This document shows positions 13,487 through 27,445 of a DNA stretch of 64,000 nt, one piece after another. The notes beneath the pieces were generated by a model. That model searched no databases, was not told where the DNA came from, and saw nothing but the letters and a program-made list of their open reading frames with translations. The number at the start of each line of letters is the position of its first letter. Within the stretch, counting starts at the first letter, position 1. The stretch comes from Eledone cirrhosa (taxonomy: Eukaryota): the NCBI GenBank assembly GCA_964016885.1, contig OZ024748.1:22878001-22942000 (forward strand). The letters run 5' to 3'. Both the position numbers and the translations under genes were made by a program.

Positions 13487-13509
13487 ATATATATATATAT
13501 ATATATATA

Positions 13510-13837
13510 GATAAGTCTACCAAAAGTTTACGGTAGTGTCCAATCCGTATGAAGAACTCAATGTAATCCGGATATCATGAAAAGAGAAGATGCATTCAAA
13601 AACTACTTTCGGTGAAAAATAAACGGAAAACAGAGTCAAGATAAATTAATAAAATAATGAATAAACAAAGAAACAGTTCCTTATATTAAAAAAAATATAT
13701 AGTTTGTATAAATATTGTACATAGATCTATAGAATATGCATACCAACTCTAACACATATATATCCTAGAAACGATCGTAAAATGATGAATTTTTTTAATA
13801 TAAGGAACTGTTTCTTTGTTTATTCATTATTTTATTA

Positions 13838-13842
<5 letters not shown>
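13510..13842 (-). mobile_element. Family E fold-back element (mirror-orientation relative of 59156-59512)
   Basis: Inverted arms 13642-13695 / 13790-13842, tail 13510-13640; hammerhead 3' half GAAAcgatcGTA at 13768-13779; (TA)n flanks. Confidence 0.7.
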
Positions 13843-13875
<33 letters not shown>

Positions 13876-13982
13876 GAGTCGGGACCCTGACCTTTCAGCC
13901 GTCGGGGTGCCGATTCTTCCACCCGAAGTATCGAGTATTCTGGTGGGTAATGGTCTAATACATTTTTAATACATCCATTTTG

Positions 13983-14369
<387 letters not shown>

Positions 14370-14393
14370 ACACACACACACGCGCGCGCACAC

Positions 14394-14502
<109 letters not shown>

Positions 14503-14506
14503 TACA

Positions 14507-14539
<33 letters not shown>

Positions 14540-14677
14540 GTGTGCGTGTGTTTGTTTATATCTAAATATATTTAGTGTATGTATGTAAGTTCATATTGGG
14601 AAATAAACTCTGTACACCATATATTGATTGGTCTATTTCGTTTGTAATCATAAACGTATACATAGTAAAATGAGGTA

Positions 14678-14767
14678 TCCTCTTGATAAGTCGGCAGACC
14701 TCGCAAAGGCTCTATATCTTTATGATGTACTGTTTTTGTTTATGCCACGAAACTACGTAGTCGAGGA
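14678..14767 (+). ncRNA. Type I hammerhead ribozyme, U3-A8 core variant
   Basis: tcctc TTGATAA [gtcggca..tgccac, long stem II] GAAA cta cg ta GTC gagga; 5-bp stem I; palindromic ACTACGTAGT. Confidence 0.7.
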
Positions 14768-14998
14768 ATCTAGGAGCAGTTTAGGTATGATACATTTATT
14801 ACTAATTATATCTAAATGTTCCTTCTCTCTTCATAATGTATTTTTAACTCTGATACTGGTTCAGTCTAGTTCAACCGGATTGGTCTGTCCCAGTCATTCA
14901 TTGAGCAACATCGGTAAGGTTGGCACCATTAACTCACGGTTGGATGTGGATGCATTCATGTATATGTGTGTGTCCGCATGTATCTGTGTGTTTCTAAA

Positions 14999-15080
<82 letters not shown>

Positions 15081-15088
<8 letters not shown>

Positions 15089-15613
15089 ATACTTTGGGAG
15101 GGTCATGTTGCCAATAAGAAACACACGCACCAATAGCTTTCACTTCAATTTATTATAATAAATTTATAAATTTAGGAATTTATAAATTTCCGGTTGGTTA
15201 GTTGGTTCCACAACCAGATGGTTGTTTATATATTGTCAAAGTTCTTTCGTCACACATTCTGTGACCTCTTCAGTAACTGGGGATTCTTTTCTTTGTTTTT
15301 TGAACACGATGGCGTAGGACAGAACAAAGGAGAGGCACAAAAAACAAAGAAAAGAATCCCCAGTCACTGAAGAGGTCACAGAATGTGTGACGAAAGAACT
15401 TTGACAATATATAAACAACCATCTGGTTGTGGAACCAACCAACCAACCGGAAATTTATAAATTCATAAATTTATAAATTTATTATAATAAATTGAAGTGA
15501 AAGCTATTGGTGCGTGTGTTTCTTATTGGCAACATGACCCTCCCAAAGTATAACGATATCGGTTTCAACACACGTTTTCAGATAAAGAATCTTGCTAAAC
15601 AAATTCAGAAATG

Positions 15614-15617
<4 letters not shown>
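15081..15617 (+). mobile_element. Family G fold-back element: ~220 bp inverted arms, short spacer, ~60 bp tail
   Basis: 15081-15302 is the near-perfect reverse complement of 15337-15559; (TA)n on both sides. Confidence 0.85.
15363..15405 (+). ncRNA. Minimal hammerhead motif (antisense twin at 15235-15277)
   Basis: gtca CTGAAGA g gtcaca gaatg tgtgac GAAA gaa CTT tgac. Confidence 0.6.
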
Positions 15618-15698
<81 letters not shown>

Positions 15699-15836
15699 AT
15701 ATATATATAGATATATAGATATATATATACATATACATATCCGTTAAGGGTGAAAGCAGCGATTCTTTGCTTAAACTTTAATCTGTTATTTTAATAAATA
15801 TTTGCTCTATGGTTTTTATATATATTTATATATATA

Positions 15837-16633
15837 CTAGCAGTGTTACCCGGCGTTGCACGGGATAAGGTATTGTGAAATATATAACCGCCTTAGCTAA
15901 GCTTAGTATTGTCACAACCACGGCTGGCAAAGAAGTAAGGGTCTGGTGGTACGTAAGTAAGCAACACTGTGACTTAAAACGTGAGGAAGAAGTTTGGGGA
16001 ATGAGTGTGAAATTTGTCTTGAGCAAGGATGGCAGAATAACCGGAGGCAGCAGACAGCCAGACATACAGACAGATATTATAAGGGCACGTTCTGGACGCA
16101 GAGCGAATTGTAGGAAGTGACGAATGCAGACATACAGACAGATAGTATAAGGGCGCGCCGTTTTATGTATGGAGAGAACGAGAACGATCGACTTTCGTCA
16201 AATCGGACCGAGGGAACAATGTTTCCGTTGGTCTTTCCAATTGCTAATACTATCTATCGGTCGCAACTCTAGGTAGAAGGAGCAACGTGAAATAAAGTGT
16301 CTTGCTCAAAAACATAACGCATCGCCTGGTCCAGGAATCGAACTCACAACCTTACGATTGCGAATCCAATTCTCTAACCACTCAGCCACACGCCTTATAT
16401 GTATGTATCTATCTAAAAAGAGAAAGACTAAGAATTATAGAGAGAGATCGGTAAATCGCCTGATGCGGTCCCTAGGGCTTTGAAAATTTGAATTTTTTTT
16501 TTGCTCAGAACATTCCCGAAACACACGTATTACATGTATAAAGTTTGAAAACAGTGGGTTGGGTGCTTCTCTAGTTTTAGGGATTCAAACTCACTCACAC
16601 ACAGACAGACATCCTCAGTTTTATATATATAGA
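15837..16633 (-). mobile_element. Non-autonomous Helitron
   Basis: Minus strand starts A^TC at 16633 and ends with hairpin cccgtgcaacgccggg plus CTAG^T at 15837; contains (ACAG)n; splits a repeat that is intact at 60355-60450. Confidence 0.8.
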
Positions 16634-16689
16634 TAACCCTTATCGAGCCCTCTTCGGATTTTAGAGTCTTCACATTTTTTATTATCACT

Positions 16690-16737
<48 letters not shown>

Positions 16738-16741
<4 letters not shown>

Positions 16742-16873
16742 AAGTATGACCCCGACGGCAGAGCTCAACTCGTTTCGACGGCTATTTCTGGAGTCCAGAA
16801 AGTATTGACCCTCAGTATTGAGTACTCTGGTGCGTTATGGTCCATCTGGTTCCTTACCACAACTTCTTCGTTA
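16738..16873 (+). mobile_element. Family B element, internally deleted
   Basis: ccccgacggcagagctcaactcgtttcgacggcta followed by tail gtattgagtactctggtgcgttatggtccatctggttccttacc. Confidence 0.7.
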
Positions 16874-16924
16874 TATATATATATATATAATATAAGATCA
16901 AAAGATGGTTAAAAGAGTTCCATG

Positions 16925-16995
16925 TATTTTATTATGCGCATTTCAAAAACAAATATCATCATGAGATGACATTTGCGTTTTCGTCAGATAAAATA
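16925..16995 (-). ncRNA. Type I hammerhead ribozyme (family A, inverted arm)
   Basis: tattttat CTGACGA aaacgcaaatgtcatc tcat gatgatatttgttttt GAAA tgcgc ATA ataaaata; 8-bp stem I, ~15-bp stem II, palindromic ATGCGCAT. Confidence 0.85.
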
Positions 16996-17366
16996 GGGAT
17001 ACATGATATGAAGGTTAAAAAACACTTGTGAATAGTGAGGTTTTAAATCAACTATTCTTAATTCCTTTTTCTTTAATCATAAACATCACCATTCATAAAA
17101 CTCATTAACTTTTAATTTCAAAATTTCTATGAATTATCTATTATCTTACAACGGTTTTTTAATTTCTCTCTGTGATACAGTGTTTCTCAGTATTAAAGGC
17201 TATCTCTCTCTCTCTCTCATTCATTTCTCCTCCTCTCTCATCCTTCCTTCTTATACTCCTCCCCCGTCATCCTTTATTTTCTTTCTTCCTCTTACTTTAT
17301 TTTTCATATGTTGATTTAAAACCTCACTATTCACAAGTGTTTTTTAACCTTCATATCATGTATCCC

Positions 17367-17437
17367 TATTTTATCTGACGAAAACGCAAATGTCATCTCA
17401 TGATGATATTTGTTTTTGAAATGCGCATAATTAAATA
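17367..17437 (+). ncRNA. Type I hammerhead ribozyme (family A, direct arm)
   Basis: CTGACGA 17375-17381, GAAA 17418-17421, AUA triplet 17427-17429; one stem I mismatch. Confidence 0.85.
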
Positions 17438-17558
17438 CATGGAACTCTTTTAACCATCTTTTGATCTTATATTATTTATACTCCAGTCCTACAAACTGTA
17501 GAGTGCTACTTATTCGATATCTGCATTGCTTTAACGTACTACAATAAAACTCACCTCC

Positions 17559-17627
<69 letters not shown>

Positions 17628-18329
17628 GTGTAAATGAGTATGTATATTGGTTGAAGATTCGTCGCACCAGTCATTAGATTTCACTTATATGTGAGTGTGA
17701 AAATATGTAGGTGTGATTTATTAACTTGTATGTATGTATGTATTATGTATGTACGTACGTACGAATGTATGTATGTATGTATGTATGTATATATGTATGG
17801 ACGAATGTATGTATGTATGGACGAATGTATGTGTGTATGTGTGTATTATGTATGTATGTATGCATGTATGTACGTACGTACGAATGTATGTATGTATGGA
17901 CGAATGTATGTGAGTATGTGTGGATTATGTATGTATGTATGCATGTATGTACGTACGCACGAATGTATGTATGTATATATGTATGCACCAATGTATGTAT
18001 GTATGGACGAATGTATGTGAGTATGTGTGTATTATGTATGTATGTATGCATGTGTGTACGTACGTACGAATGTATGTATGTATGGAAGAATGTATGTGAG
18101 TATGTGTGTATTATGTATGTATGTATGCATGTATGTACGTACGCACGAATGTATGTATGTATATATGTATGCACCAATGTATGTATGTATGTATGGACGA
18201 ATGTATGTGTGTATGTGTGTATGTATGTTCGTATGCTTGTATGTATATAATAAATATATATAAACGTATATCATGTAAGTGTGCATTTACGTATGCATGT
18301 ATATATATATTTTTTTTTTTTTTCATTGA

Positions 18330-18368
<39 letters not shown>

Positions 18369-18511
18369 GTACATGTGTATGTGGGTGTATAAGGAACAAA
18401 ATGAAGAATAGGTAGTAGGATGTGCAGCAGGCAGCTGCAGTGGGAAGCGGGGGTGGAGGTGCAGTGATGCATGCACGTAATCTCAGCTTAGACTGCAGTC
18501 TTCATAAAGCG

Positions 18512-18672
<161 letters not shown>

Positions 18673-18673
18673 G

Positions 18674-18715
<42 letters not shown>

Positions 18716-18769
18716 ATGGAAACACTCACACGCATCTATATATCTATGTATGAATGTATGAATACGTTC

Positions 18770-18803
<34 letters not shown>

Positions 18804-18851
18804 ATACACATATACATATATACAAATATATATAACTTATAGGTCATCATA

Positions 18852-18896
<45 letters not shown>

Positions 18897-18938
18897 TGTA
18901 TACACACACACATATATATATATGTGTATATATATATA

Positions 18939-19044
<106 letters not shown>

Positions 19045-19590
19045 TATAAATGAGAGGTATAGAGATTGTTTTAGCAAGAAGCTAACGGCATTCTATAACA
19101 TATATGCGACTATAACGTCAAGATGGGAAAAGTAGTTAACGAAAGATTTAGGAAAAATAACTCAAACTCATCTCAAAAGAGAATCAGGATATAAATTCAT
19201 CCACAGAATTTAGTAAAATCCAGGGAAAAATCTATAGACCTTTAACTCATGATAAAATAAAGTTTGAAACACTTATCCTTCGATTTGGAATAACATCAAA
19301 TGCTCTGTATAGTCTTAAAAGACTATTTCATGAAAACTTTCAGTGGAGATGGTCACTGTTGGATTTCATTCATCAGCAGAGCTCAACAGAAACCAGGGCT
19401 CTCACAGTAGTATAATCCGAAAAAGGGAATTCTAAAACTGGCTAGTTCGCCTTCATGTGTATTTATGAAAAAGCACATGAGGAAAAAACGGGGCTAGTGA
19501 CGTCAGGATGGAAGTGAATGTTTATTTACAAGAAATAGCAGTCAAATACATTCTGAAAAAAAAAATATATATATATACACTATGATGACC

Positions 19591-19634
19591 TCTACAGGAC
19601 TAGAACTGTTTCATATGTTTGAAATCATCAGGAC
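19591..19634 (-). ncRNA. Hammerhead motif, family C, degenerate stems I and II
   Basis: gtc CTGATGA tttcaaacatat GAAA cag ttctagtc ct GTA ga. Confidence 0.55.
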
Positions 19635-19739
19635 AAATCATCCGATGCTTATACTCTGGCAACGATTTGAGTACCTTCTTTAACCCTCGGCAACTCGGAG
19701 ACCTACACACACATACACACACACACATATGTATATATG

Positions 19740-19771
<32 letters not shown>

Positions 19772-19785
19772 TACATATTATATAT

Positions 19786-19837
<52 letters not shown>

Positions 19838-19866
19838 CCTGTCACATTTGTATGGAAGCTTAATTC

Positions 19867-19897
<31 letters not shown>

Positions 19898-20067
19898 TAA
19901 GAGATGTTTAATTTGTTGGAAATCCAACAAATATAGATGTTTACAACTGATTCAAAGCACTCGACAGTTTTCTGGAGTAAGTAGTCAATTGATAAAATTT
20001 CCAGGGATAACTTGAACCTATCAGGTATATCATCCTTGGTCATGTCAAATATTTATAAAACATTTTG

Positions 20068-20129
20068 TATTTTATCTGATGATAACGTACCAACATTTTT
20101 GGTACCCTTGAAATATATATAATAGAATA
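20068..20129 (+). ncRNA. Type I hammerhead ribozyme (family I)
   Basis: tattttat CTGATGA taac gtaccaa cattt ttggtac cctt-like stem II, GAAA tatat ATA atagaata; downstream sequence matches the copy at 51092. Confidence 0.75.
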
Positions 20130-20174
20130 AATATGGTTTTATAAATATAGTTTCCATTTATTTAATATCAATTG

Positions 20175-20230
<56 letters not shown>

Positions 20231-20324
20231 ATATGTATATATATATATATATATAATATGTATATATATATATAATATGTTTATATATATATATAATATG
20301 TATATATATATATATATATAATAT

Positions 20325-20369
<45 letters not shown>

Positions 20370-20420
20370 GTATATATATATATATATAATATGTTTATAT
20401 ATATATATATATATAATATG

Positions 20421-20504
<84 letters not shown>

Positions 20505-20598
20505 ATATGTATATATATATATATATATAATATGTATATATATATATATATAATATGTATATATATATATATAATATGTATATATATATATATATATA

Positions 20599-20696
<98 letters not shown>

Positions 20697-20843
20697 AGAA
20701 GGATTTAAATGGATACAGTTCAGTTAAAAGGAATTTATTGACACGTGTTTCAATAACAGTTACATAACCTGAAAACAGCTGCTATCTACATAGCTGTCCA
20801 TCTACTGTGTGTAATATTCATATTACAACACTACGGAAAATAC

Positions 20844-20877
<34 letters not shown>

Positions 20878-20897
20878 ATATAATATATATATATATA

Positions 20898-20949
<52 letters not shown>

Positions 20950-20952
<3 letters not shown>

Positions 20953-21119
20953 AGGGAGATATGGTAAGGAACCAGATGGACCATAACGCAGCAAAGTACT
21001 CAATACTTAGGGTAGTAGAGTGGGTAATAGGAACGAGTAGAACCCCGACGGCTGAGCTCAAGCCGTTTCGACGGCTAATTCGAAACGGCTTGAGTTCAGC
21101 CGTCGGGGTTCTACTCGTT

Positions 21120-21123
<4 letters not shown>
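20950..21123 (-). mobile_element. Family B element, reverse orientation
   Basis: Tail 20950-21025, then inverted arms centred near 21075. Confidence 0.75.
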
Positions 21124-21175
<52 letters not shown>

Positions 21176-21178
21176 ACT

Positions 21179-21887
21179 ATGTATGTATACGTACATACAT
21201 ATATGTATACAGACGTACAGTAGCATGCATATATATATATATATATATACATACACATACAGGTACACATATATATATATATGTTCGTATCAGTTTAGCG
21301 AACGTTTATTATAACGCCCACTTTGTCCGTTTGTAAACAAGCGAACAGCCTGATTTATGCCATACGGTGTTAAGGCAACCACGTCACCTTTTTTTTTTTT
21401 TTTTTTTTTTTTTTGTTCAACACTGACACAGGAACGATGTACTAGTTTCAAGCTTGTTAGCTATCATCAGCACCGTATACCCTTCTGCCAGATAGTTGAA
21501 CGTTCGAAAGTATATACTTTCCTTATGAAAATTAACGGCTGAGCAGCCTAATTTGCATATCGAGTGAGTTCAGTCGGCCAGGGGTACCGAAAACGATAAG
21601 TTGTAATATAATGAAACGAAATTTCATTTCTCACTCTTAGTACGGCACTTACTTAAATGTAAGTATGTATGTATACGTACATACATATATGTATACAGAC
21701 GTACAGTAGCATGATACGAACATATATATATGTGTACCTGTATGTATATGTATATATGTATATATATATATATGCATGCTACTGTACGTCTGTATACATA
21801 TATGTATGTACGTATACATACATACTTACATTTAAGTAAGTGCCGTACTAAGAGTGAGAAATGAAATTTCGTTTCATTATATTACAA

Positions 21888-21891
<4 letters not shown>
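21179..21891. repeat. Complex nested inverted-repeat element
   Basis: 21597-21713 vs 21774-21891 inverted; 21179-21290 vs 21711-21825 inverted. Confidence 0.75.
21435..21475 (-). ncRNA. Minimal type I hammerhead ribozyme
   Basis: cggtg CTGATGA t agct aaca agct t GAAA cta GTA catcg; palindromic ACTAGT. Confidence 0.7.
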
Positions 21892-21983
<92 letters not shown>

Positions 21984-22067
21984 ATCTACATGTCAATATA
22001 TCTACATATATATATGTGTGTATATATATATATATATTTGAGCTCAGCCGTCGGGGTCCTACTCGTT

Positions 22068-22136
<69 letters not shown>

Positions 22137-22162
22137 ACATATATAATATAATATATATATAT

Positions 22163-22486
<324 letters not shown>

Positions 22487-22756
22487 TCCGCCAGAAATAT
22501 TTGTAGTGTCGACACCACTTTAATTGTCATACTCCCCCCCCCCCCAACTTCTCGTCTCTGTCTCTCCCTTCATGTAGCGTCTGTTTGTCGCTCTCATCTT
22601 ACATCTGCATCTCACTCTCTATATATCTCTTTCTATGTCTGTGTGTTTGTCTGTTTGTATGTGTGTATGTGTATGTATGTGTGTATGTGTGTATATGTGT
22701 GTATGTGTATGTATGGGTGTATGTGTGTATATATGTGTGTGTGTGTCTGTGTGTGT

Positions 22757-22793
<37 letters not shown>

Positions 22794-22890
22794 TGTGTGT
22801 GTGTATGTGTGTGTCTGTGTGTGTCTGTCTGTGCATCCATCTGTCTATTGCATATGGTTCACAACATGGTATGTCTGTGTGTCTGTGTGC

Positions 22891-22950
<60 letters not shown>

Positions 22951-22973
22951 GTGTGTGTGTGTATATATATATA

Positions 22974-23013
<40 letters not shown>

Positions 23014-23136
23014 TGTGTGTGTGTGTATATATATATATATGTGTGTGTGTGTGTGAGTGTGTGCGTGTGAGTGTATGTGAGTGTGTGTGTGTGGATGAGT
23101 GTGCGCGTGCATGTGAGTGTGTGTGTGTCTGTATGC

Positions 23137-23171
<35 letters not shown>

Positions 23172-23615
23172 TGTGTGTGTGTGAGTGGTGTGTGTATGTC
23201 TGTGTGTGAGTGTGTGTGTGTGTGAGTGTGTGTATTTGTTGTGTGTGTGTGTGTGAGTGTGTGTATTTGTTGTGTGTGTGTGTGTGTTTGTTGTGTGTGT
23301 GTGTTTGCATGTGTGTCTGTGTGTCTCCCGATGTGTGTGCGCGTGTCTGTCTGTGTCCCTATCTGTGTGTGTGTGTGTGTGCCTGTCAGTTGCATTTGCT
23401 CCCTAATACTGCACGCGCGCGCGCTTGTGTGTGTGTGTCTGTGTGTAAGTGTGTGTGTGTGTGTGTGTGTGTGTATCTGTGTGTGTGTATGTGTGTGTGT
23501 CTGTGTCTGTGTGTGAGTGTGTGTGTGTGTATCTGTGTCTGTGTGTGTGCGTGTGTGTGTGCCTGCCAGCTGTATACTCCTCTCTATAACCGCGCGCGCA
23601 GTTGTGTGTATGTGT

Positions 23616-23675
<60 letters not shown>

Positions 23676-23899
23676 TGCCAGTTGCATATTGCTCTCTATT
23701 ACTGCGTGTTTCTATTTATGTGTGTGTGTGCCCGTCTGAATCAGTGTGTGTTTGTGTGTGTTACATATAACTCTTTATGACTGCATGTGTTTGTGTATGT
23801 GTGTCTGTAGGTGTGTGTATGTGTATGTATGTGTGTGTATGTGTGTGTATGTGTGTGTAGATGTGTGTATGTGTGTTTCAGTGTAGATATATGTATGTG

Positions 23900-25622
23900 T
23901 GTGTGGTGGTAGTGGTGGTGGTAGTGGTGGTGATAGTGGTGATGAGGATGATGGTGGTAGTGGTGGTAGCGATTGTGATGATAGTGGTGCTGGTGGTGGT
24001 AGTGATGGTAGTGCTGGTGATGGTAGTAGTGGTGGTAGTGATGGTAGTGGTGGTGGTAGTGGTGGTGGTAGTGATGGTAGTGCTGGTGGTGGTAGTGGTG
24101 GTAGTGTTGGTGGTGGTAGTGATGGTAGTGCTGGTGATGGTAGTGGTGGTAGTGATGGTAGTGCTGGTGATGGTAGTGATGGTAGTGCTGGTGATGGTAG
24201 TGATGGTAGTGCTGGTGGTGGTAGTGATGGTGGTGATAGTGGTGGTAGTGATGGTAGTGGTGGTGGTAGTGATGGTAGTGCTGGTGGTGGTAGTGATGGT
24301 GGTGATAGTGGTGGTAGTGATGGTAGTGGTGATGGTAGTGATGGTAGTGCTGGTGGTGGTAGTGATGGTGGTGATAGTGGTGGTAGTGATGGTAGTGGTG
24401 GTGGTAGTGATGGTAGTGCTGGTGATGGTAGTGATGGTGGTGATAGTGGTGGTAGTGATGGTAGTGGTGGTGGTAGTGATGGTAGTGCTGGTGGTGGTAG
24501 TGGTGGTAGTGTTGGTGGTGGTAGTGATGGTAGTGTTGGTGGTGGTAGTGATGGTAGTGGTGGTGATGGTAGTGATGGTAGTGCAGGTGATGGTAGTAGT
24601 GGTGGTAGTGATGGTAGTGGTGGTGATGGTAGTGGTGGTAGTGATGGTAGTGTTGGTGGTGGTAGTGATGGTAGTGCTGGTGATGGTAGTGATGGTAGTG
24701 CAGGTGATGGTAGTAGTGGTGGTAGTGATGGTAGTGGTGGTGGTAGTGGTGGTGGTAGTGATGGTAGTGCTGGTGATGGTAGTGGTGGTAGTGTTGGTGG
24801 TGGTAGTGATGGTAGTGCTGGTGATGGTAGTGATGGTAGTGCAGGTGATGGTAGTAGTGGTGGTAGTGATGGTAGTGGTGGTGGTAGTGGTGGTGGTAGT
24901 GATGGTTATGGTAGTGGTGGTAGTGCAGGTGATGGTAGTGATGGTGGTGATAGTGGTGGTAGTGGTGGTAGTGGTGGTGGTAGTGATGGTAGTGTTGGTG
25001 GTGGTAGTGATGGTAGTGCTGGTGATGGTAGTGATGGTAGTGCAGGTGATGGTAGTGATGGTGGTGATAGTGGTGGTAGTGGTGGTAGTGGTGGTGGTAG
25101 TGATGGTAGTGCTGGTGGTGGTAGTGGTGGTAGTGTTGGTGGTGGTAGTGATGGTAGTGCTGGTGGTGGTAGTGGTGGTAGTGTGGGTGGTGGTAGTGAT
25201 GGTAGTGTTGGTTATGGTAGTGGTGGTAGTGATGGTAGTGCAGGTGATGGTAGTGATGGTGGTGATAGTGGTGGTAGTGGTGGTAGTGGTGGTGGTAGTG
25301 ATGGTAGTGCTGGTGGTGGTAGTGGTGGTAGTGTTGGTGGTGGTAGTGATGGTAGTGTTGGTTATGGTAGTGGTGGTAGTGATGGTAGTGCTGGTGATGG
25401 TAGTGATGGTGGTGATAGTGATGGTAGTGCTGGTGATGGTAGTGCTGGTGGTGGTAGTGGTGGTAGTGTTGGTGGTGGTAGTGATGGTAGTGTTGGTTAT
25501 GGTAGTGGTGGTAGTGATGGTAGTGCTGGTGATGGTAGTGGTGGTAGTGTTGGTGATGGTAGTGATGGTAGTGCTGGTGATGGTAGTGATGGTGGTGATA
25601 GTGGTGATAGTGGTGGTAGTGA
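23900..25622. repeat. Cryptic triplet minisatellite (GGT/AGT/GAT/GCT), mostly 9- and 18-bp units
   Basis: Direct reading. Confidence 0.9.
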
Positions 25623-25743
25623 TTGTGTAATCTTGTTGCTTTGCGAAGGTTTAACTTGATTTGTTGTTTTAACGATGTTAAACTATTATTGTTATTGTAG
25701 CTACTTTGAGGTTGTAGAGTTGTTGTTGTTGTTACTGTTGTTG

Positions 25744-26120
25744 TTTAGCCCTCGGTTGGACATGAGGGAGCAGATCTATGATCAAATACTTTGTAGCCGT
25801 GACAATCTTGTCTTTTTATGTGTATCTAGGAGTACACTATCCAACGTGTCTTTTCCTTTTTTATAAAACAGTAGAGTGTACTTTGCAGGGATATTTGGCT
25901 GCTATTTCCGGGAGTTCAAGTGACAACTTAGAAATAGCAGCCAAAATTACTCCCTACCTTCCTATTTAAAAAAATATATTAAAAAGGAAACGCTCAATCG
26001 AATAAGTAGTCTTAGATAATTAGTGGCTGAATAAAGAATATAATGGTAATGACTGGAACCATTTTGATTATAGATTATATATTATAGATCTGTCGGATCA
26101 AGACTGACCTGGGGCTAAAA
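25744..26120. mobile_element. MITE-like element with imperfect ~39 bp terminal inverted repeats
   Basis: tttagccctcggttgg..cagatctatgat vs attatagatctg..ctgacctggggctaaa; the same terminus recurs at ~44928. Confidence 0.55.
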
Positions 26121-26461
26121 CCACAACAGTAGCAGCAGCAGCAGCAGCGATAACATCAAACAGCTCACGATGAAGCCTGTAAGTATTTGTACGATATCAT
26201 GGAAATAAAAGCCTCCTCTCTTTCATACAACCTACATTCTTTGAACAGTGTGGCCATAATCTTTAATGCACTCTTCCCTTTTCAACATGGCCGAAATGTT
26301 GCTGAAATTTAGCGCCTGGTCAGCCATTGATTAGCAAATCTATAACCGAAGCATTCCAACCATACCCACCTCGTCTTTTTATATATATGGGACGGATATA
26401 TATATATATATATATGGTAGTAGTGGAAATACTTCATTTATATATATATATATATATATAT

Positions 26462-26655
26462 AGGAAAAAAGTCAGGACCCCGACGGCTGAGCTCCGGCCG
26501 TTTCGACAGCTAGATCTAGTTCGGATCTAGCTGTCGAAACGGCCGGAGATTGGCCGTCGGGGTCCTGACTCTTTTCCTATTACTCACTCTACTACCCTAA
26601 GTATCGAGTACTCTGGTGCGTTCTGGTCCACCTAGTTTCTTACCACACTTTGTTT
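26462..26655 (+). mobile_element. Family B element, diverged subfamily
   Basis: gacagctagatc..gatctagctgtc GAAA cggcc ggagatt ggcc GTC gggg followed by the shared tail. Confidence 0.75.
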
Positions 26656-26676
26656 ATATATATACCACACTTTCTT

Positions 26677-26743
<67 letters not shown>

Positions 26744-26746
<3 letters not shown>

Positions 26747-27180
26747 TTAAAAATAACAGAAGGCCGGACTGGAAATTTATTTCAGAATATTAATTCTACG
26801 AAAGCACTATACATATTTCAGTGGCCCAGCTTTATCATCCGCTCATGATGCAAGAATTAGACGATTTCATCAGGTGTTAATTGCAGAATTAGTTCCATAA
26901 GACAACAGGATTACGGTGAACACAAATAGAAAATAAGGGACCGATTCGATTCGAGGATGGTTTGCCATTGCTATAACACTAATCCTGTTGTCTTATGGAA
27001 CTAATTCTGCAATTAACACCTGATGAAATCGCCTAAGTTTTGTATTATGATCAGATGATAAAGCTGGGCCATCGAAATATGTAGAGTGTTTTCGTGAAAT
27101 CAAAATTCTAAAATACATCAGGACTTCCGTTATTTTTAATGAATACCTAACTCTGAGCCTGCACCAGACACGAGATACCA
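26744..27180 (+). mobile_element. Family H fold-back element with hammerhead motifs at 26803-26878 (-) and 27015-27090 (+)
   Basis: Arms 26744-26912 / 26981-27145; aacac CTGATGA..GAAA tatgt ATA gtgct in the left arm; decayed relative at 35403-35710. Confidence 0.7.
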
Positions 27181-27271
27181 TATCTACAATAATAGATGAT
27201 TTATATAATATTGAGTGCTGCAATTTATTGCATTATCGTTTATGAACTGGAATCACCAGTTCTACCACATG

Positions 27272-27373
27272 TTTTCCTGATGATTTCCTATATTAAATTC
27301 TGTTGTATATTCTGTACTAATGTATTGAGTACCTTACTTACTGTGGTTACCCCCGATTGAACCCGAGACTCAT
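27272..27373 (+). mobile_element. Family C remnant with most of the hammerhead deleted
   Basis: ttcCTGATGAtttcc joined directly to tatattaaat..gtattgagtaccttacttactgtggttac. Confidence 0.65.
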
Positions 27374-27374
27374 A

Positions 27375-27445
<71 letters not shown>

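Larger units (their letters stand above)
16888..17560 (+). mobile_element. Family A fold-back element: inverted ~165 bp arms, ~255 bp pyrimidine-rich spacer, ~90 bp tail
   Basis: 16888-17052 is the reverse complement of 17309-17473; tail ends caataaaactcacctccta; relatives at 59542-59957 and 63802-64000. Confidence 0.85.

Noticed and set aside
23861-25659. 586-aa Gly/Ser/Asp-rich ORF and overlapping poly-Val ORF
   Set aside because: Both are translations of one triplet minisatellite; no signal peptide, credible start or splice context, and similar arrays recur at 46680 and 60985.
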